The notes under the pieces: model-generated
The model's input: only the letters and a program-made list of their open reading frames with translations
Told to the model about the DNA's origin: nothing
Databases searched by the model: none
DNA from: Candidatus Latescibacterota bacterium
Lineage (GTDB): Bacteria; Latescibacterota; UBA2968; UBA8231
NCBI GenBank assembly: GCA_965219385.1
Contig: CBDCNM010000002.1
Location: forward strand, 1,730,936 to 1,794,935
Length of the DNA stretch: 64,000 nt
Reading direction: 5' to 3'
In this document: positions 1-9,971 of the stretch, one piece after another
How the letters are laid out: each line of letters opens with the position of its first letter
Numbering within the stretch: position 1 is the first letter of the stretch
Translations under genes and position numbers: made by a program

Positions 1-740
1 CTCAGCCCGATCTCTTCGGTGCCGGTGATGGCCACGCCCAAGTCGTAGCCCAGAAGGTCGCGCAAATCCTGGTCGCGGATGCCGCCCCCGATCACCCCTA
101 TGGCCCCTGCCTGGCGGGCTTGCTGGACGGCCTGCTGGGTGATCAGGCTGCCGCCCACCAGGATTTTGCCGGCGCACTCGGGGCCGATTCTTGCCGCCTC
201 CAGGGCATCTTCGGGGTGGGCGGCGAGCAGGTGGAGTGGGCCCCAGCACTCGCCGCCCACCCCGAAGATGCCCTGCACAAAGGCGGCGCGGGTTTCGATC
301 CGCACTCCTTCTTCGGGGAGGACTTCCACCACGGTGCCGTCTATGTAGGCCAGGACCTCGACCGGCCGGGGCGGCTCCCTCAGAATCACCTGGCCGGTCA
401 CCGCCGAGATGCTTTCGACGCTGCCGCTCACCGGCGCCTCCACCGTGGTCTTGAACCACTTGATGAAGGGGCGGGTCTGGGCTATGGGCTCGCCGGCCTG
501 GATGGCTTCGCCCTCCTTCTTGAGCATGTAGCCGGGCAACTCTTCGGGGGTGACGCCCAGGCGGTTCACCAGGTTCAGGGTGGTCACGTTGCCCGGCAAT
601 TCGGTCCGGGCCACCACCTGGTCGCGCCGCACCCGGGCGCCCGGTTCGACCAGAACCTGGCCCCGGAGGGGAAGTTGCCGTTGCTTGGTGCGGGTGGCCT
701 GGGGGGTCACCCGCAGGCCGGGGGTGTAGGCGTGGGCCAT
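1..740 (-). CDS. Conserved hypothetical protein accompanying GlmL/MutL-like genes (3' end runs off the window)
   Basis: Not in the ORF track because no stop is in the window. ATG at 740, 4 bp after the upstream gene's stop; reads MAHAYTPGLRVTPQ...VQGIFGVGGECWG...LGYDLGVAITGTEEIG open to position 1. Confidence 0.75.
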   Translation of the reverse strand, partial: MAHAYTPGLRVTPQATRTKQRQLPLRGQVLVEPGARVRRDQVVARTELPGNVTTLNLVNRLGVTPEELPGYMLKKEGEAIQAGEPIAQTRPFIKWFKTTVEAPVSGSVESISAVTGQVILREPPRPVEVLAYIDGTVVEVLPEEGVRIETRAAFVQGIFGVGGECWGPLHLLAAHPEDALEAARIGPECAGKILVGGSLITQQAVQQARQAGAIGVIGGGIRDQDLRDLLGYDLGVAITGTEEIGL

Positions 741-744
741 GGGG

Positions 745-2532
745 CTATGCTCCGTACAGATTCAAAGCCTGGTTCCAGGCCGCCGATTGTCGCAGGCGGT
801 CTTCCTGGCGCTCGGGAAACTGGAGGGGCCGGCCGCGGCCGTCCAGGATCAGGCCGGCCGCGCCGCCCTGCGCCGCAGTCTGCACTTCCCGTCCGGGACC
901 GGCGCCCGCATCCCAGCCCCGAGCAGGCTGCAGGACCACCTCGGCCGCGGCCCCAAAGGCCAGGGGGAAGAGCAGGAGATCGCCTATTTGCAGGGCGCCT
1001 TCCCGGGTGCCGCCGGGCAAACCGATCCGGTAGGTGGCGCAGGTTTCTCCGGGTTTGCCGTGGCCCACGGGTGCAATGCAGGTGCCCAGGTAGATCAGGC
1101 AATCCCGCTCGAAAACATCGGTGGCGGCTTTTTCGTCAACGGTGGAGAGCACCCCGAGGTGGGGCATCATGAAGATGCTGTCCACCGCCAGGCGGGTCGC
1201 GCCCTCGGGCTGGAAGGCGTCGATCAGCAGGGCCGCGGCCTGTTGCCGCCGGGGGGCGTGGGAGAGCACGCCGCCGCTGCCCACCAGCAGGTCCAGGTCC
1301 ATCATCTGGATCAGGCTCTCGCCGCTTGCGCTCTGGTCGAATACGTCCGAGAGGGTGCGCTCGGCCTGCACCCCCTTCAGACCCACGGCCAGCTCCCGGT
1401 GCTGCGCAAAGGCCAGGCGCAAAGCCTCGCGGGCAATGCCGTGTTCGATCTGCAGTTCCTCCAGCATGTGCGGAATCGTGGTCGGGCGGATCATCTTGTT
1501 CTTGATGCGATCGCGCAAATCCGCCTCCTGGATCTGGAAGGGCACCCAGCGCAGCAGGTTGTCCAGGCCGGCTGCGGCCAGGACATTCGAGATACTGTAG
1601 GACATGCCCAGATTGGCGCTGACCGTGCGGTTGAAGACCTCCCCGAAGACGCTGAAGACATCGGTGGTGGCGCCGCCGATGTCCACCCCGATGACGTTGA
1701 TGCCCTGTTGGCGGGCAATGGTCTGCATGATCTGGCCCACCGCTCCGGGGGTGGGCCAGACCGGAGCGTCGGTCCACTCGATCAACTTCTGGTAGCCGGG
1801 GGCCTGGGCCATGACGTGCTCCAGAAAGAGGTCGTGGATGACCTGACGCGCTGGTCCCAGATTCTCTTTTTCGAGTACAGGGCGGATGTTCTCGGTCAAG
1901 GTCAGGGCGGTCTTTTCTCCTATCACTCCCTGGATCTCTTCCCGGGCATCCTGGTTGCCGGCGTAGATCACCGGCAGCTCGAAACCGGTGCCGAACCGGG
2001 GTTTGGGGTCGGCCGCGGCAATGAATTCGGCCAGTTCCACCACGTGGCTCACCGTGCCCCCGTCGGTGCCGCCCGAGAGCAGGACCATGTCGGGCCGCAG
2101 CTGGCGGATGCGCTCGATCTTCTGGTGCGGCAGGCGGCCGTCGTTGGAGGCCAGCACGTCCATTACAATGGCGCCGGCGCCCAGGGCGCAGCGCTGGGCG
2201 CTTTCGGCGGTCATGGACTGGACCACGCCGGCCACCATCATCTGCAAGCCACCCCCGGCGCTACTGGTGGAGATGTAGATGTCCACGCCCTGGGTGCCGG
2301 CGGCCGGGGTGATGATGCGCTCCCCGTCCAGGATCCGGCGGCCCGACAGTTCCTCCACTTCCTGGATGGCGTTGAGCACCCCCCGGGTGACGTCCTCGAA
2401 GGGGGCTTCCACCGTGGTGGGAGCCTCGCCCCGGAAGGTCTGGCGATAGGTATCGCCCTGCTTTTCGATCAGGATGGCCTTGGTGGTGGTGCTGCCGCAG
2501 TCGGTGGCGATGACCACCTTGAGATCACGCAT
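745..2532 (-). CDS. Glutamate mutase L (GlmL/MutL-like, actin-like ATPase fold) protein
   Basis: 595 aa; TDCGSTTTKA, SSAGGGL, LSGGTDGG and VDIGGATTDVFS motifs typical of this family. Confidence 0.85.
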   Translation of the reverse strand: MRDLKVVIATDCGSTTTKAILIEKQGDTYRQTFRGEAPTTVEAPFEDVTRGVLNAIQEVEELSGRRILDGERIITPAAGTQGVDIYISTSSAGGGLQMMVAGVVQSMTAESAQRCALGAGAIVMDVLASNDGRLPHQKIERIRQLRPDMVLLSGGTDGGTVSHVVELAEFIAAADPKPRFGTGFELPVIYAGNQDAREEIQGVIGEKTALTLTENIRPVLEKENLGPARQVIHDLFLEHVMAQAPGYQKLIEWTDAPVWPTPGAVGQIMQTIARQQGINVIGVDIGGATTDVFSVFGEVFNRTVSANLGMSYSISNVLAAAGLDNLLRWVPFQIQEADLRDRIKNKMIRPTTIPHMLEELQIEHGIAREALRLAFAQHRELAVGLKGVQAERTLSDVFDQSASGESLIQMMDLDLLVGSGGVLSHAPRRQQAAALLIDAFQPEGATRLAVDSIFMMPHLGVLSTVDEKAATDVFERDCLIYLGTCIAPVGHGKPGETCATYRIGLPGGTREGALQIGDLLLFPLAFGAAAEVVLQPARGWDAGAGPGREVQTAAQGGAAGLILDGRGRPLQFPERQEDRLRQSAAWNQALNLYGA

Positions 2533-2854
2533 GGCTTTCCTGTTCTGCGATCGCGTCGATGATCAGGTCTATGCTCCGGCGCTTTTCCAGGAACTCCACA
2601 AAGCGGTCGTACTCGGCCGGCCTGAACGCGAATTTGAGAAGGGGCGCCAGGAAGGCCAGGAACTGGCTGCCGATAAAATTGAGGGGCCGCCCGGTCTCCA
2701 GGACCACAAGGGCCGGGGTGGCCAGGCGGCGGCGCACCACAAAGCGGGCCAGGCGCTCCACCAACTCGCGCTCCCGCGGCCCAAAGTCCGCGGTACTCCC
2801 GTCGACGGCAAAGGCGTGGGCCCACCATGTTTTAAAATCATTCAGGCGCGACAT
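2525..2854 (-). CDS. Hypothetical protein
   Basis: 109 aa ORF overlapping both neighbours in the same operon; globular composition. Confidence 0.7.
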   Translation of the reverse strand: MSRLNDFKTWWAHAFAVDGSTADFGPRERELVERLARFVVRRRLATPALVVLETGRPLNFIGSQFLAFLAPLLKFAFRPAEYDRFVEFLEKRRSIDLIIDAIAEQESHA

Positions 2855-3278
2855 GGGTCTGCACGAAATGGATTACGGGGTCTTGCTCGGCGCCAAAGCG
2901 CAGGAAGCACCCCCGGAAGGAATCCAGGCGGCGAGCGCGGGCAAAGGGACTGAGGAAGATCCCGTCTTTGTGGATGTCGGCGCGCTGGAAGAGGGCCCAT
3001 GGGCGTTGTTGTTTGCGTCCTAAGTGGGCGATTTTTATGCCCCCCTCGTCCAGGGCATAGTGGGTCGGCAGGAGGTAGCGGGACAGGGAGAGGGTCAGCA
3101 CCACCAAGGTGATGAGGCCGTAGGCCAGACCCTCAAAGCTGAGGGTGACGCCGATGGTGAACCCGGCGATCAGGGCGCAGAGCAGGGCCGACTTGGCCCG
3201 TGGTTCGTCTACGAGGGGATGGGCCTTCCAGCTAAGGGCTGTTGGGACGTGCGGATTCGAGGTGGTTTGCGGCTCCAT
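2838..3278 (-). CDS. Hypothetical membrane protein (two TM helices)
   Basis: Likely start MEPQTTS at 3278 within the long track ORF; two hydrophobic segments followed by a soluble domain. Confidence 0.7.
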   Translation of the reverse strand: MEPQTTSNPHVPTALSWKAHPLVDEPRAKSALLCALIAGFTIGVTLSFEGLAYGLITLVVLTLSLSRYLLPTHYALDEGGIKIAHLGRKQQRPWALFQRADIHKDGIFLSPFARARRLDSFRGCFLRFGAEQDPVIHFVQTHVAPE

Positions 3279-3328
3279 ACCTGGAAATTCCCTGGAAATT
3301 AACTCAAGCAAGATAAAAAATAGCGATT

Positions 3329-4297
3329 CTAAATTTCCGCCGCAAAGGGGGTTTCGACGCCCAGCTCGGCGGCCAGATCCTCCAGTCTTTGTTTGTGCTG
3401 GACGGTGAGGGGGATTCCGTCGCGGGCATAGTCCTGTTCCCGCTGCCACTCCAGGGTGCCGGGCAGCTCGGCGGTTTCCTCTCCCGGCAGGGGCTGCATG
3501 CTGCGGGCCTGGCGCATGTAGCGGTCCATTTCCTTTTTGAACTCGTCCACCGGCATGAAACAGGCCACGTCGAAGACGGCGACAAAACCGCCCTGGTTGG
3601 ATTCCCAGCGGGACTGCGGAGCCTGGACCTCCGGTTTGTAGATACCGGCGAGAATACCGCCCAGACCCTGCAGCACGGCACCCAGACCCAGGGACTTGAA
3701 AAACGGCCAGGGATCGCGCCGGAAGTAGTCTTCGTCCCAGTCGATGAAGGCGGCGCCGGTGTCGAGCACCAGGTCGGGTTCGGCGCCGGAGGGCAGGCCG
3801 ATGCTGATGGGCGAGCCGCCGCTGGCGTTGAGAACCGGGTGTTCCGGCTTCAGGTCGAGGCGCTGCGAGGAGACGGCCAGGCCGATGCAATCGCGTTCCA
3901 GGGCGATGCGGGTGTACTTGCCGGCACCGCCGAAGTGGAAGTGGTTGTAGGTGGTGACCGCGGCGGTGCCGTACTTCCTGGCCTGCCGCACTGCCCAGTG
4001 GGTAGCCTGGTAGCAGGGGAAGTGGCCCAGGCCACCGTCGCCGTCGAGCACCTGGGTGGTGCGGGTCTGGTTGACCACGCGGACGGTGGGACGCGGGTTG
4101 ACCTGACCGTCGAGCATCTTGCACACGTACCCGGGGAGCTGCCAGGTGCCGTGGGTGAAGACCCCGCGCAGATCGGTCTGGACCAGGAGCCGGGCCATGA
4201 ATTCGGCATCCCCGGTCGAAGTGCCGGCTTTTTCGAAGAGGGCAATGGTCAGCCGGCGCAGATCTTCGGGGGATACCCGGATGGCGTTCTCAGACAT
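3329..4297 (-). CDS. Ldh_2 family oxidoreductase (malate/L-lactate/ureidoglycolate dehydrogenase-like)
   Basis: Start MSENAIRV at 4297; TDLRGVFTHG, VLDGDGGLGH and NHFHFG motifs. Confidence 0.85.
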   Translation of the reverse strand: MSENAIRVSPEDLRRLTIALFEKAGTSTGDAEFMARLLVQTDLRGVFTHGTWQLPGYVCKMLDGQVNPRPTVRVVNQTRTTQVLDGDGGLGHFPCYQATHWAVRQARKYGTAAVTTYNHFHFGGAGKYTRIALERDCIGLAVSSQRLDLKPEHPVLNASGGSPISIGLPSGAEPDLVLDTGAAFIDWDEDYFRRDPWPFFKSLGLGAVLQGLGGILAGIYKPEVQAPQSRWESNQGGFVAVFDVACFMPVDEFKKEMDRYMRQARSMQPLPGEETAELPGTLEWQREQDYARDGIPLTVQHKQRLEDLAAELGVETPFAAEI

Positions 4298-4307
4298 GGG
4301 GGACCTT

Positions 4308-5297
4308 TCATTGCTGCAATCGTTCCAGCACCTCTTTGTTGACCACATGCTGCGGAATTCTTCCCTCCAGACAATCGATAATGGATTGCGCCGCCCACGT
4401 CGCCACGCGCTCCCGGGAAGTGACCGTGTTGGAAGCGGAGTGGGGCATGGCAATGACATTGTCCAGACGCACCAGGTCCAGGGAGAGGCCCTCGGGCGGT
4501 TCGCTGGCCTGGCAGTCCAGCCCGGCTCCGGCCAGGGGGCCGTTCCGCAGGGCCGCAATCAGGTCTTCTTCGTTCACCAGCCCGCCGCGCGCGGTATTGA
4601 TCAGGTAGCTGCACTGCTTCATGCGCCCGAGAAAATCGGCGTTGACCATGCCCTTGTTTTCCCTGGTGAGCGGGGTGTGCAAACTGACCACATCGGCCCG
4701 GGCCAGGAGTTCGTCCAGGGGGACCAGGGTGGCGCCCAAAGCCTGGATGGCGGCCCGGTCCCCCCAGGGATCGTGGACCAGGATGGACATCTTGAAGGCA
4801 GCGGCCCGGCGCGCCACTTCGGCGCCGATGCGGCCGCAGCCGACCAGGCCCAGGGTCATGGCCGCCAGATCCTCGGCCACGGTGACGGCGTATTCGCCGG
4901 CCTTGACCCGGCGGTCACCCTCGAAGATACGGCGGATCAGCGCCAGCATGAGGGCCAGGGCCTCGTCGGCCACGGCGTCGGCCATGGCGCCGGGGGTGTT
5001 GGTGACCACGATGCCGCGCCGGGTGCACAGGTCCAGATCGATCCGGTCGTAGCCCACGCCGCTGCGGGCGATGATTTTGAGCCTGTCCGCCTTCTCCAGG
5101 GTATAGGGGTTGCCGTAGTCGCCGCCGGCCAGGATGCCGTCCATGCCCGCGAGTTGCTCGCGGGTTTCACCTTCGGGCCAGGGGGCCGCACCCGGCAGGT
5201 AGGCCACCTCGCAGCCGGCCTGTTCGAAGAGGGCGAGCACCGGGCAGGGGTCGTGGAATTTGAGCCTGGCTCTGACCAGGACGCGGGATCTGGACAT
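4308..5297 (-). CDS. D-isomer-specific 2-hydroxyacid dehydrogenase (phosphoglycerate dehydrogenase-like)
   Basis: GVGYDRID, GLVGCGRIG, INTARGG and MPHSAS motifs. Confidence 0.9.
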   Translation of the reverse strand: MSRSRVLVRARLKFHDPCPVLALFEQAGCEVAYLPGAAPWPEGETREQLAGMDGILAGGDYGNPYTLEKADRLKIIARSGVGYDRIDLDLCTRRGIVVTNTPGAMADAVADEALALMLALIRRIFEGDRRVKAGEYAVTVAEDLAAMTLGLVGCGRIGAEVARRAAAFKMSILVHDPWGDRAAIQALGATLVPLDELLARADVVSLHTPLTRENKGMVNADFLGRMKQCSYLINTARGGLVNEEDLIAALRNGPLAGAGLDCQASEPPEGLSLDLVRLDNVIAMPHSASNTVTSRERVATWAAQSIIDCLEGRIPQHVVNKEVLERLQQ

Positions 5298-5337
5298 GGG
5301 TATGCTCTTTCTTTCGGGTTAGCTGGTACAGGGGTGG

Positions 5338-6333
5338 TCAAGGACCAAAGCGGGTGCGCTGGTAGCGCGCAAAGGGGGTTTCGATGCCCAGTTCGGCGGC
5401 GATGTTCTCCAGGATTTGCTGGTGCTCGGAGCCGATGGGGATGCCGGCGCGGGCGTAGTCCTTTTGCCGCTGCCACTCCAGACCGCCGGGCAGTTCGGCC
5501 CGGTCGTACCCGGGCGCCGGTTTGGTGCTGCGGGCCTGGCCCATGTAGCGGTCCATCTCGGCTCTGAGTTCGTCCAGGGGCATGAAACTGGCCGCGTCGA
5601 AGACGGCGATGAAGGCGCCCTGGCTGGATTCCCAGCGGGACTGCGGTGGTTTGAACTCCTCTTTGTGGATGCCGGCGAGCACCCCGCCCAGCACCTGGGG
5701 CAGAACGGACAGACCCAGGACCTTGAAGTAGGCCTGAGGACACTCCTTGAAGAGTTCCTCTTTCCAGGGCAAAAAGCCCATGCTCATATCCGGGACGAGC
5801 GGGGGCTGCTCGCCGGCCGGCATGGAAAAGCTGAAGGGCGAGTTGCGGCTAAGACCCATGATGTTCCATTCGGGGTCAATTTGATAGTGGTGGCAGGAGG
5901 CGGCCATGGCGATGCAGTCGTGCTCCACGGCCAGGCGGGTGTACTTGCTGGCGCCGCCAAAGTGGAAGTGGTTGCGGGTAGTCACCGCGGCGGTGCCGTG
6001 TTCTTTGGCCCGGGCAATGGCCCACAGGGTGCCCTGGTAGCAGGGCCAGTGGCCCATGCCGCCGTCGCCGTCGAGCACCTGGGCGGTGGTGGTCTCGCTG
6101 ACCACGCGGATGTCGGGGCGCGGATTGACCCGGCCCTCCAGCATCATGTGCACATAGCTCTCGGTGTACCGGGTGCCGTGGCTGAAGATGCCGCACAAAT
6201 CGGTCTGGACCAGGAGCCGGGCCATGATCTGGGCGTGCTCGCGCGAGGTGCCTGCTTTTTCGAACAGGGCCACGACCAGGGCTTCGAGTTCATCCGGAGG
6301 GATGCGGAGGCCGCTCTCGGGAGGGGTATTCAT
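5338..6333 (-). CDS. Ldh_2 family oxidoreductase, paralog of 3329-4297
   Basis: TDLCGIFSHG, VLDGDGGMGH, NHFHFG; clearly similar to the 3329-4297 product. Confidence 0.85.
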   Translation of the reverse strand: MNTPPESGLRIPPDELEALVVALFEKAGTSREHAQIMARLLVQTDLCGIFSHGTRYTESYVHMMLEGRVNPRPDIRVVSETTTAQVLDGDGGMGHWPCYQGTLWAIARAKEHGTAAVTTRNHFHFGGASKYTRLAVEHDCIAMAASCHHYQIDPEWNIMGLSRNSPFSFSMPAGEQPPLVPDMSMGFLPWKEELFKECPQAYFKVLGLSVLPQVLGGVLAGIHKEEFKPPQSRWESSQGAFIAVFDAASFMPLDELRAEMDRYMGQARSTKPAPGYDRAELPGGLEWQRQKDYARAGIPIGSEHQQILENIAAELGIETPFARYQRTRFGP

Positions 6334-6377
6334 GGATATTTCCTCTGAGGTTTTGCGCTAGGGACCTGTAAGAGCGT

Positions 6378-6408
6378 ACTATAATAGGACGCGGAAAGGA
6401 CCTGTCAA
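6378..6408 (-). promoter_or_regulatory. Putative sigma70-type promoter for the Ldh_2 operon
   Basis: Minus-strand TTGACA (6408-6403) with TATTAT 16 bp or TATAGT 19 bp downstream, in the divergent intergenic gap. Confidence 0.4.
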
Positions 6409-6427
6409 GAGAGAGGAGAGGGTTGTT

Positions 6428-7657
6428 ATGCCGTACGATCTGGTGTTGAAGGGCGCCACGGTGGTGGATCCGTCGCAGGCTATCCACGACGTGCGGGATG
6501 TGGGGATCAAGGGGGATAAAATCGCGGCCGTCGAAGAGCGGATTGCTGAGCCGGCCGTCCGGACCGTGGACCTGGCGGGCCGGATCCTCACCCCGGGCTG
6601 GATCGACATCCACGCCCACCTCTACGCCGGGGCGACCACCTGGGGCATCGTGGCCGATGCATTCTGCCTGGCCACCGGGGTGACCACGATCGTGGATGCC
6701 GGCAGTCCGGGCTGGGCCAATTTCCTGGGTTTCAAGGAGTACATCGCCGAGCCGGCGCGCACCCAGGTTCTCACCTTTGTGCACATTTCCGGCATAGGGT
6801 TGACCTACGGGCCCATCGGGGAGATGGCGGACCTGCGCTACGGCGATCCAGAGCGCACCGCCTTTGTGATCCACAACTGGGCGGATATATGCGTCGGGGT
6901 CAAGGTGCGCCAGGGGGGACACCAGGTAGAGGACAACGGGGTGGAGCCGTTGCGCCTGGCGGTGCAGGCGGCGGAGTGGTCGGGTACGCCGGTCATGGTC
7001 CACATTGCCGTGGGCGTGCCCCTGCCCGATGTCCTGGCCCTGCTGCGGCCGGCCGATATCGTGACCCATTGCTATCAGGGCTCGGGCGACTCCATCGTGG
7101 ATGAGGCCGGCGAGGTGATTCCCGAGGTCTGGCGGGCGCGCGAGCAGGGCGTGCTCTTCGACCTGGGGCACGGGGGCGGCAGCTTCTACTACGAGGTGGC
7201 CAAAAAGGCGCTGGCCCGGGGGTTTCCCGCGGATGTCATCAGCACCGACATTCACAACCACAGCTTTGAAAGTCCGATCCAGAGCCTGCCCGAGACCGCT
7301 TCAAAGCTTTTGAACCTGGGGGTGGAACTGGAGGACGTGATACGCCAGACCACCAGTGCGCCGGCCCGGGCCATTGGCCGCGGCGACCAGCTGGGGACTT
7401 TGAGGCCGGGGACGGTGGCGGATCTGGCGGCCTTTGAGGTGCTGGAAGGGGAGTTCGAGTTTTTCGATGTGAGAAACCAGCGCGAAACCGGGCCGCGGAT
7501 GATAGCGCCGGTGCTGACTGTGCGCGCCGGCCAGGTGTATCGTCCGGCCGAGTTGCAGGAGGAGGTGGCCGAAACCCGGCGGCGGGCGCGGGAAATGAAG
7601 GCCCTGACGGGTGGCAACTTCGAGGCGTTGGGGTGGACGCCCGGGAGGGGGACTTGA
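6428..7657 (+). CDS. Amidohydrolase/deacetylase family metallohydrolase (dihydroorotase-like)
   Basis: PGWIDIHAH, GVTTIVDAGS, VMVHI, FDLGHGGGSF and ISTDIH motifs. Confidence 0.88.
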   Translation: MPYDLVLKGATVVDPSQAIHDVRDVGIKGDKIAAVEERIAEPAVRTVDLAGRILTPGWIDIHAHLYAGATTWGIVADAFCLATGVTTIVDAGSPGWANFLGFKEYIAEPARTQVLTFVHISGIGLTYGPIGEMADLRYGDPERTAFVIHNWADICVGVKVRQGGHQVEDNGVEPLRLAVQAAEWSGTPVMVHIAVGVPLPDVLALLRPADIVTHCYQGSGDSIVDEAGEVIPEVWRAREQGVLFDLGHGGGSFYYEVAKKALARGFPADVISTDIHNHSFESPIQSLPETASKLLNLGVELEDVIRQTTSAPARAIGRGDQLGTLRPGTVADLAAFEVLEGEFEFFDVRNQRETGPRMIAPVLTVRAGQVYRPAELQEEVAETRRRAREMKALTGGNFEALGWTPGRGT

Positions 7658-7789
7658 AGTGCGAATCGGTACTTCAGACAATCGGCGGGCGGCCATGTTT
7701 TCGGTATTTTGCGACGCACTGAGGATATTTCTGAGAAGCCGTCTTAAAATTCCTGGTGCGCCCAAAGCCCGAGCGAAAAGGAGAGTGCC

Positions 7790-8854
7790 GTGTTTCAACT
7801 TACCGACGATCTGAGAATCGCGGCCTTGCGCCCCCTGATTCCGCCGGCCATTCTGATGGAGGAGTTGCCGGTTGCGGAGCAGGCCTCCAATACCGTGGCC
7901 CGGACCCGCGAGCAGGCCGGGGATATCATCCACGGTCGCGACGACCGGCTGCTGATCGTGGTCGGTCCCTGCTCGATCCACGATCAGCGGGCGGCGCTGG
8001 AGTACGGGGGCCTGTTGAAAGAGTGCGCCGATCGCCTGAACGAAGATCTGTGCATTGTCATGCGGGTCTACTTTGAAAAACCCCGCACCACAGTGGGCTG
8101 GAAGGGACTGATCAATGATCCCCACTTGGACGGCAGTTTCAACATCAACCACGGCCTGCGGACCGGCCGCGGCCTGCTGGTGGAGCTGACCAATTCGGGG
8201 CTGCCCGTGGGGTCGGAGTTTCTGGATACCATCAGCCCACAGTTTATCGCCGACCTGGTTTCCTGGGGCGCCATCGGAGCGCGCACCACCGAAAGCCAGG
8301 TGCACCGGGAGCTGGCTTCCGGCCTGTCCATGCCGGTAGGGCTGAAGAACGGCACGGACGGCAATATCCAGATCGCCATCGACGCGATCGGGGCGGCGCG
8401 GCACCCGCACCACTTTCTCTCGGTGACCAAGCAGGGGATCTCGGCGATCGTGGCCACCTCGGGCAACGACTCCTGCCACATGATCCTGCGGGGGGCCGGC
8501 CAGGCCACCAACTACGGAAGGGAAACAGTGGAAGAGGCGGCCCGCAGGCTGCGGGAGGCCGGGCTGCCCCACCGGGTGATGGTGGACTGCAGCCACGGCA
8601 ACAGCAACAAGGACCACAAGCGCCAGCCCCTGGTGGCCCGGTCGATCGGCGAACAGGTGGCCGCCGGGTCGCGCGATATCTGCGGGTTGATGCTCGAGAG
8701 CCACCTGGTGGAAGGTCGCCAGGACCAGGTGGAGGGGCGGCCGTTGCACTACGGCCAGAGCATCACCGATGCCTGCATTTCGTGGAAGGACACAGTGCCG
8801 GTTCTGGAGGCCCTGGCCGCGGCGGTCAAGCGGCGACGCGGCCAGGGAAAGTGA
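7790..8854 (+). CDS. aroG: 3-deoxy-7-phosphoheptulonate (DAHP) synthase, class I alpha (AroF/G/H family)
   Basis: GPCSIHD, MRVYFEKPRTTVGWKGLINDP, AIGARTTESQVHRELASG, VDCSHGNS, YGQSITDAC. Confidence 0.95.
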   Translation: MFQLTDDLRIAALRPLIPPAILMEELPVAEQASNTVARTREQAGDIIHGRDDRLLIVVGPCSIHDQRAALEYGGLLKECADRLNEDLCIVMRVYFEKPRTTVGWKGLINDPHLDGSFNINHGLRTGRGLLVELTNSGLPVGSEFLDTISPQFIADLVSWGAIGARTTESQVHRELASGLSMPVGLKNGTDGNIQIAIDAIGAARHPHHFLSVTKQGISAIVATSGNDSCHMILRGAGQATNYGRETVEEAARRLREAGLPHRVMVDCSHGNSNKDHKRQPLVARSIGEQVAAGSRDICGLMLESHLVEGRQDQVEGRPLHYGQSITDACISWKDTVPVLEALAAAVKRRRGQGK

Positions 8855-8896
8855 GGTTCGACCAGGCCGGCCTCAAAGAGGAGGGATATCCCTACC

Positions 8897-9850
8897 ATGA
8901 AATACTTCCAGGTGGAGAGTGCGGATTTATCGGTTCCTCAGGACCCGATGGACGATCCGGTGCGGATATTGAAGATCGGCTGGAAGGGCAAACCCATCAC
9001 CGGCTTCAACCAGTCTGCGCGCCGCTGTTACGTCTACCCGGTGTTGACCCCCTCGGGGGTGGCCGTCACCAACGAGCGGCCGACGAGCGACCATCCCTTT
9101 CACCAGTCCGTCACCGTGGGCAACGATTATTTTTTTACCTACGGTACCTCGGCTGCCGGGCGCTTTGAACACCCCGGCATGTGTTTCTACACCGATATGA
9201 GCAATATGCGGGGCCGGGGCGAAGGGCGGATCGTGGCCACGACCCACAACGAGTGCACCGAAATAAGCCAGGACCACCTCGAGTTCATTGTGCGGATGCA
9301 ATGGCAGGGGCCTGAGGAGGGCTACTCTCCCAGGTACCGCCGGGTGGTGGGTGAGGAGATGCGCACCGTCAGCGTCTTTCCCGGCGACCAGGCCCATATC
9401 ATCGATGTGCGCTCGCAGTTGCGGCCGACCCAGTGGGATATCCGCCTGGGGCCGTCGCGGCACGGGTACTTCACCGTCCGCATGGCCGACCACCTGCGGG
9501 TCGTAGACAAGAAGACGGGTGAAAAACAGGGGGGCCGTCTGGTAGACTCCAAGGGCCGGGAGGACGAGGAGGTGGGCTGGCAGCACGCGGATTGGGTCGA
9601 CTATTACAGCACCAACGCGCAAGGGCGCACGGCCGGCCTTGCGGTTTTCCAGTTCCCCTCCATGGGCAACGTGGCCTGGTACGCCGGCACCTACGGCACC
9701 ATCCGGGTGAATCCTTTTCGCAAGGGAGGTTCCTTCATACACCGCGGGGAAGAGGTGGACCTGGCGATTCGGATTGTGGCCCACGACGGCGATCCCTTCG
9801 AGGCGGGTGTGGCCGCTCTGTACGAAGCCTTCAAACAAGAAACTGGATAA
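8897..9850 (+). CDS. PmoA-like/DUF6807 family protein
   Basis: YVYPVLTPSG...RPTSDHPFH, GYFTVRMA and WVDY motifs. Confidence 0.65.
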   Translation: MKYFQVESADLSVPQDPMDDPVRILKIGWKGKPITGFNQSARRCYVYPVLTPSGVAVTNERPTSDHPFHQSVTVGNDYFFTYGTSAAGRFEHPGMCFYTDMSNMRGRGEGRIVATTHNECTEISQDHLEFIVRMQWQGPEEGYSPRYRRVVGEEMRTVSVFPGDQAHIIDVRSQLRPTQWDIRLGPSRHGYFTVRMADHLRVVDKKTGEKQGGRLVDSKGREDEEVGWQHADWVDYYSTNAQGRTAGLAVFQFPSMGNVAWYAGTYGTIRVNPFRKGGSFIHRGEEVDLAIRIVAHDGDPFEAGVAALYEAFKQETG

Positions 9851-9971
9851 TCTCTACCCAGTGGCGTCAATGGACTGCTCGCGGAAGTGATCCGTATCGC
9901 CAGCCGACAGATGTCCGGTAACCGAAGCGGGTGTGGACAGGGGCGTCGCCGCAGATTGGGAATCGCCATGG

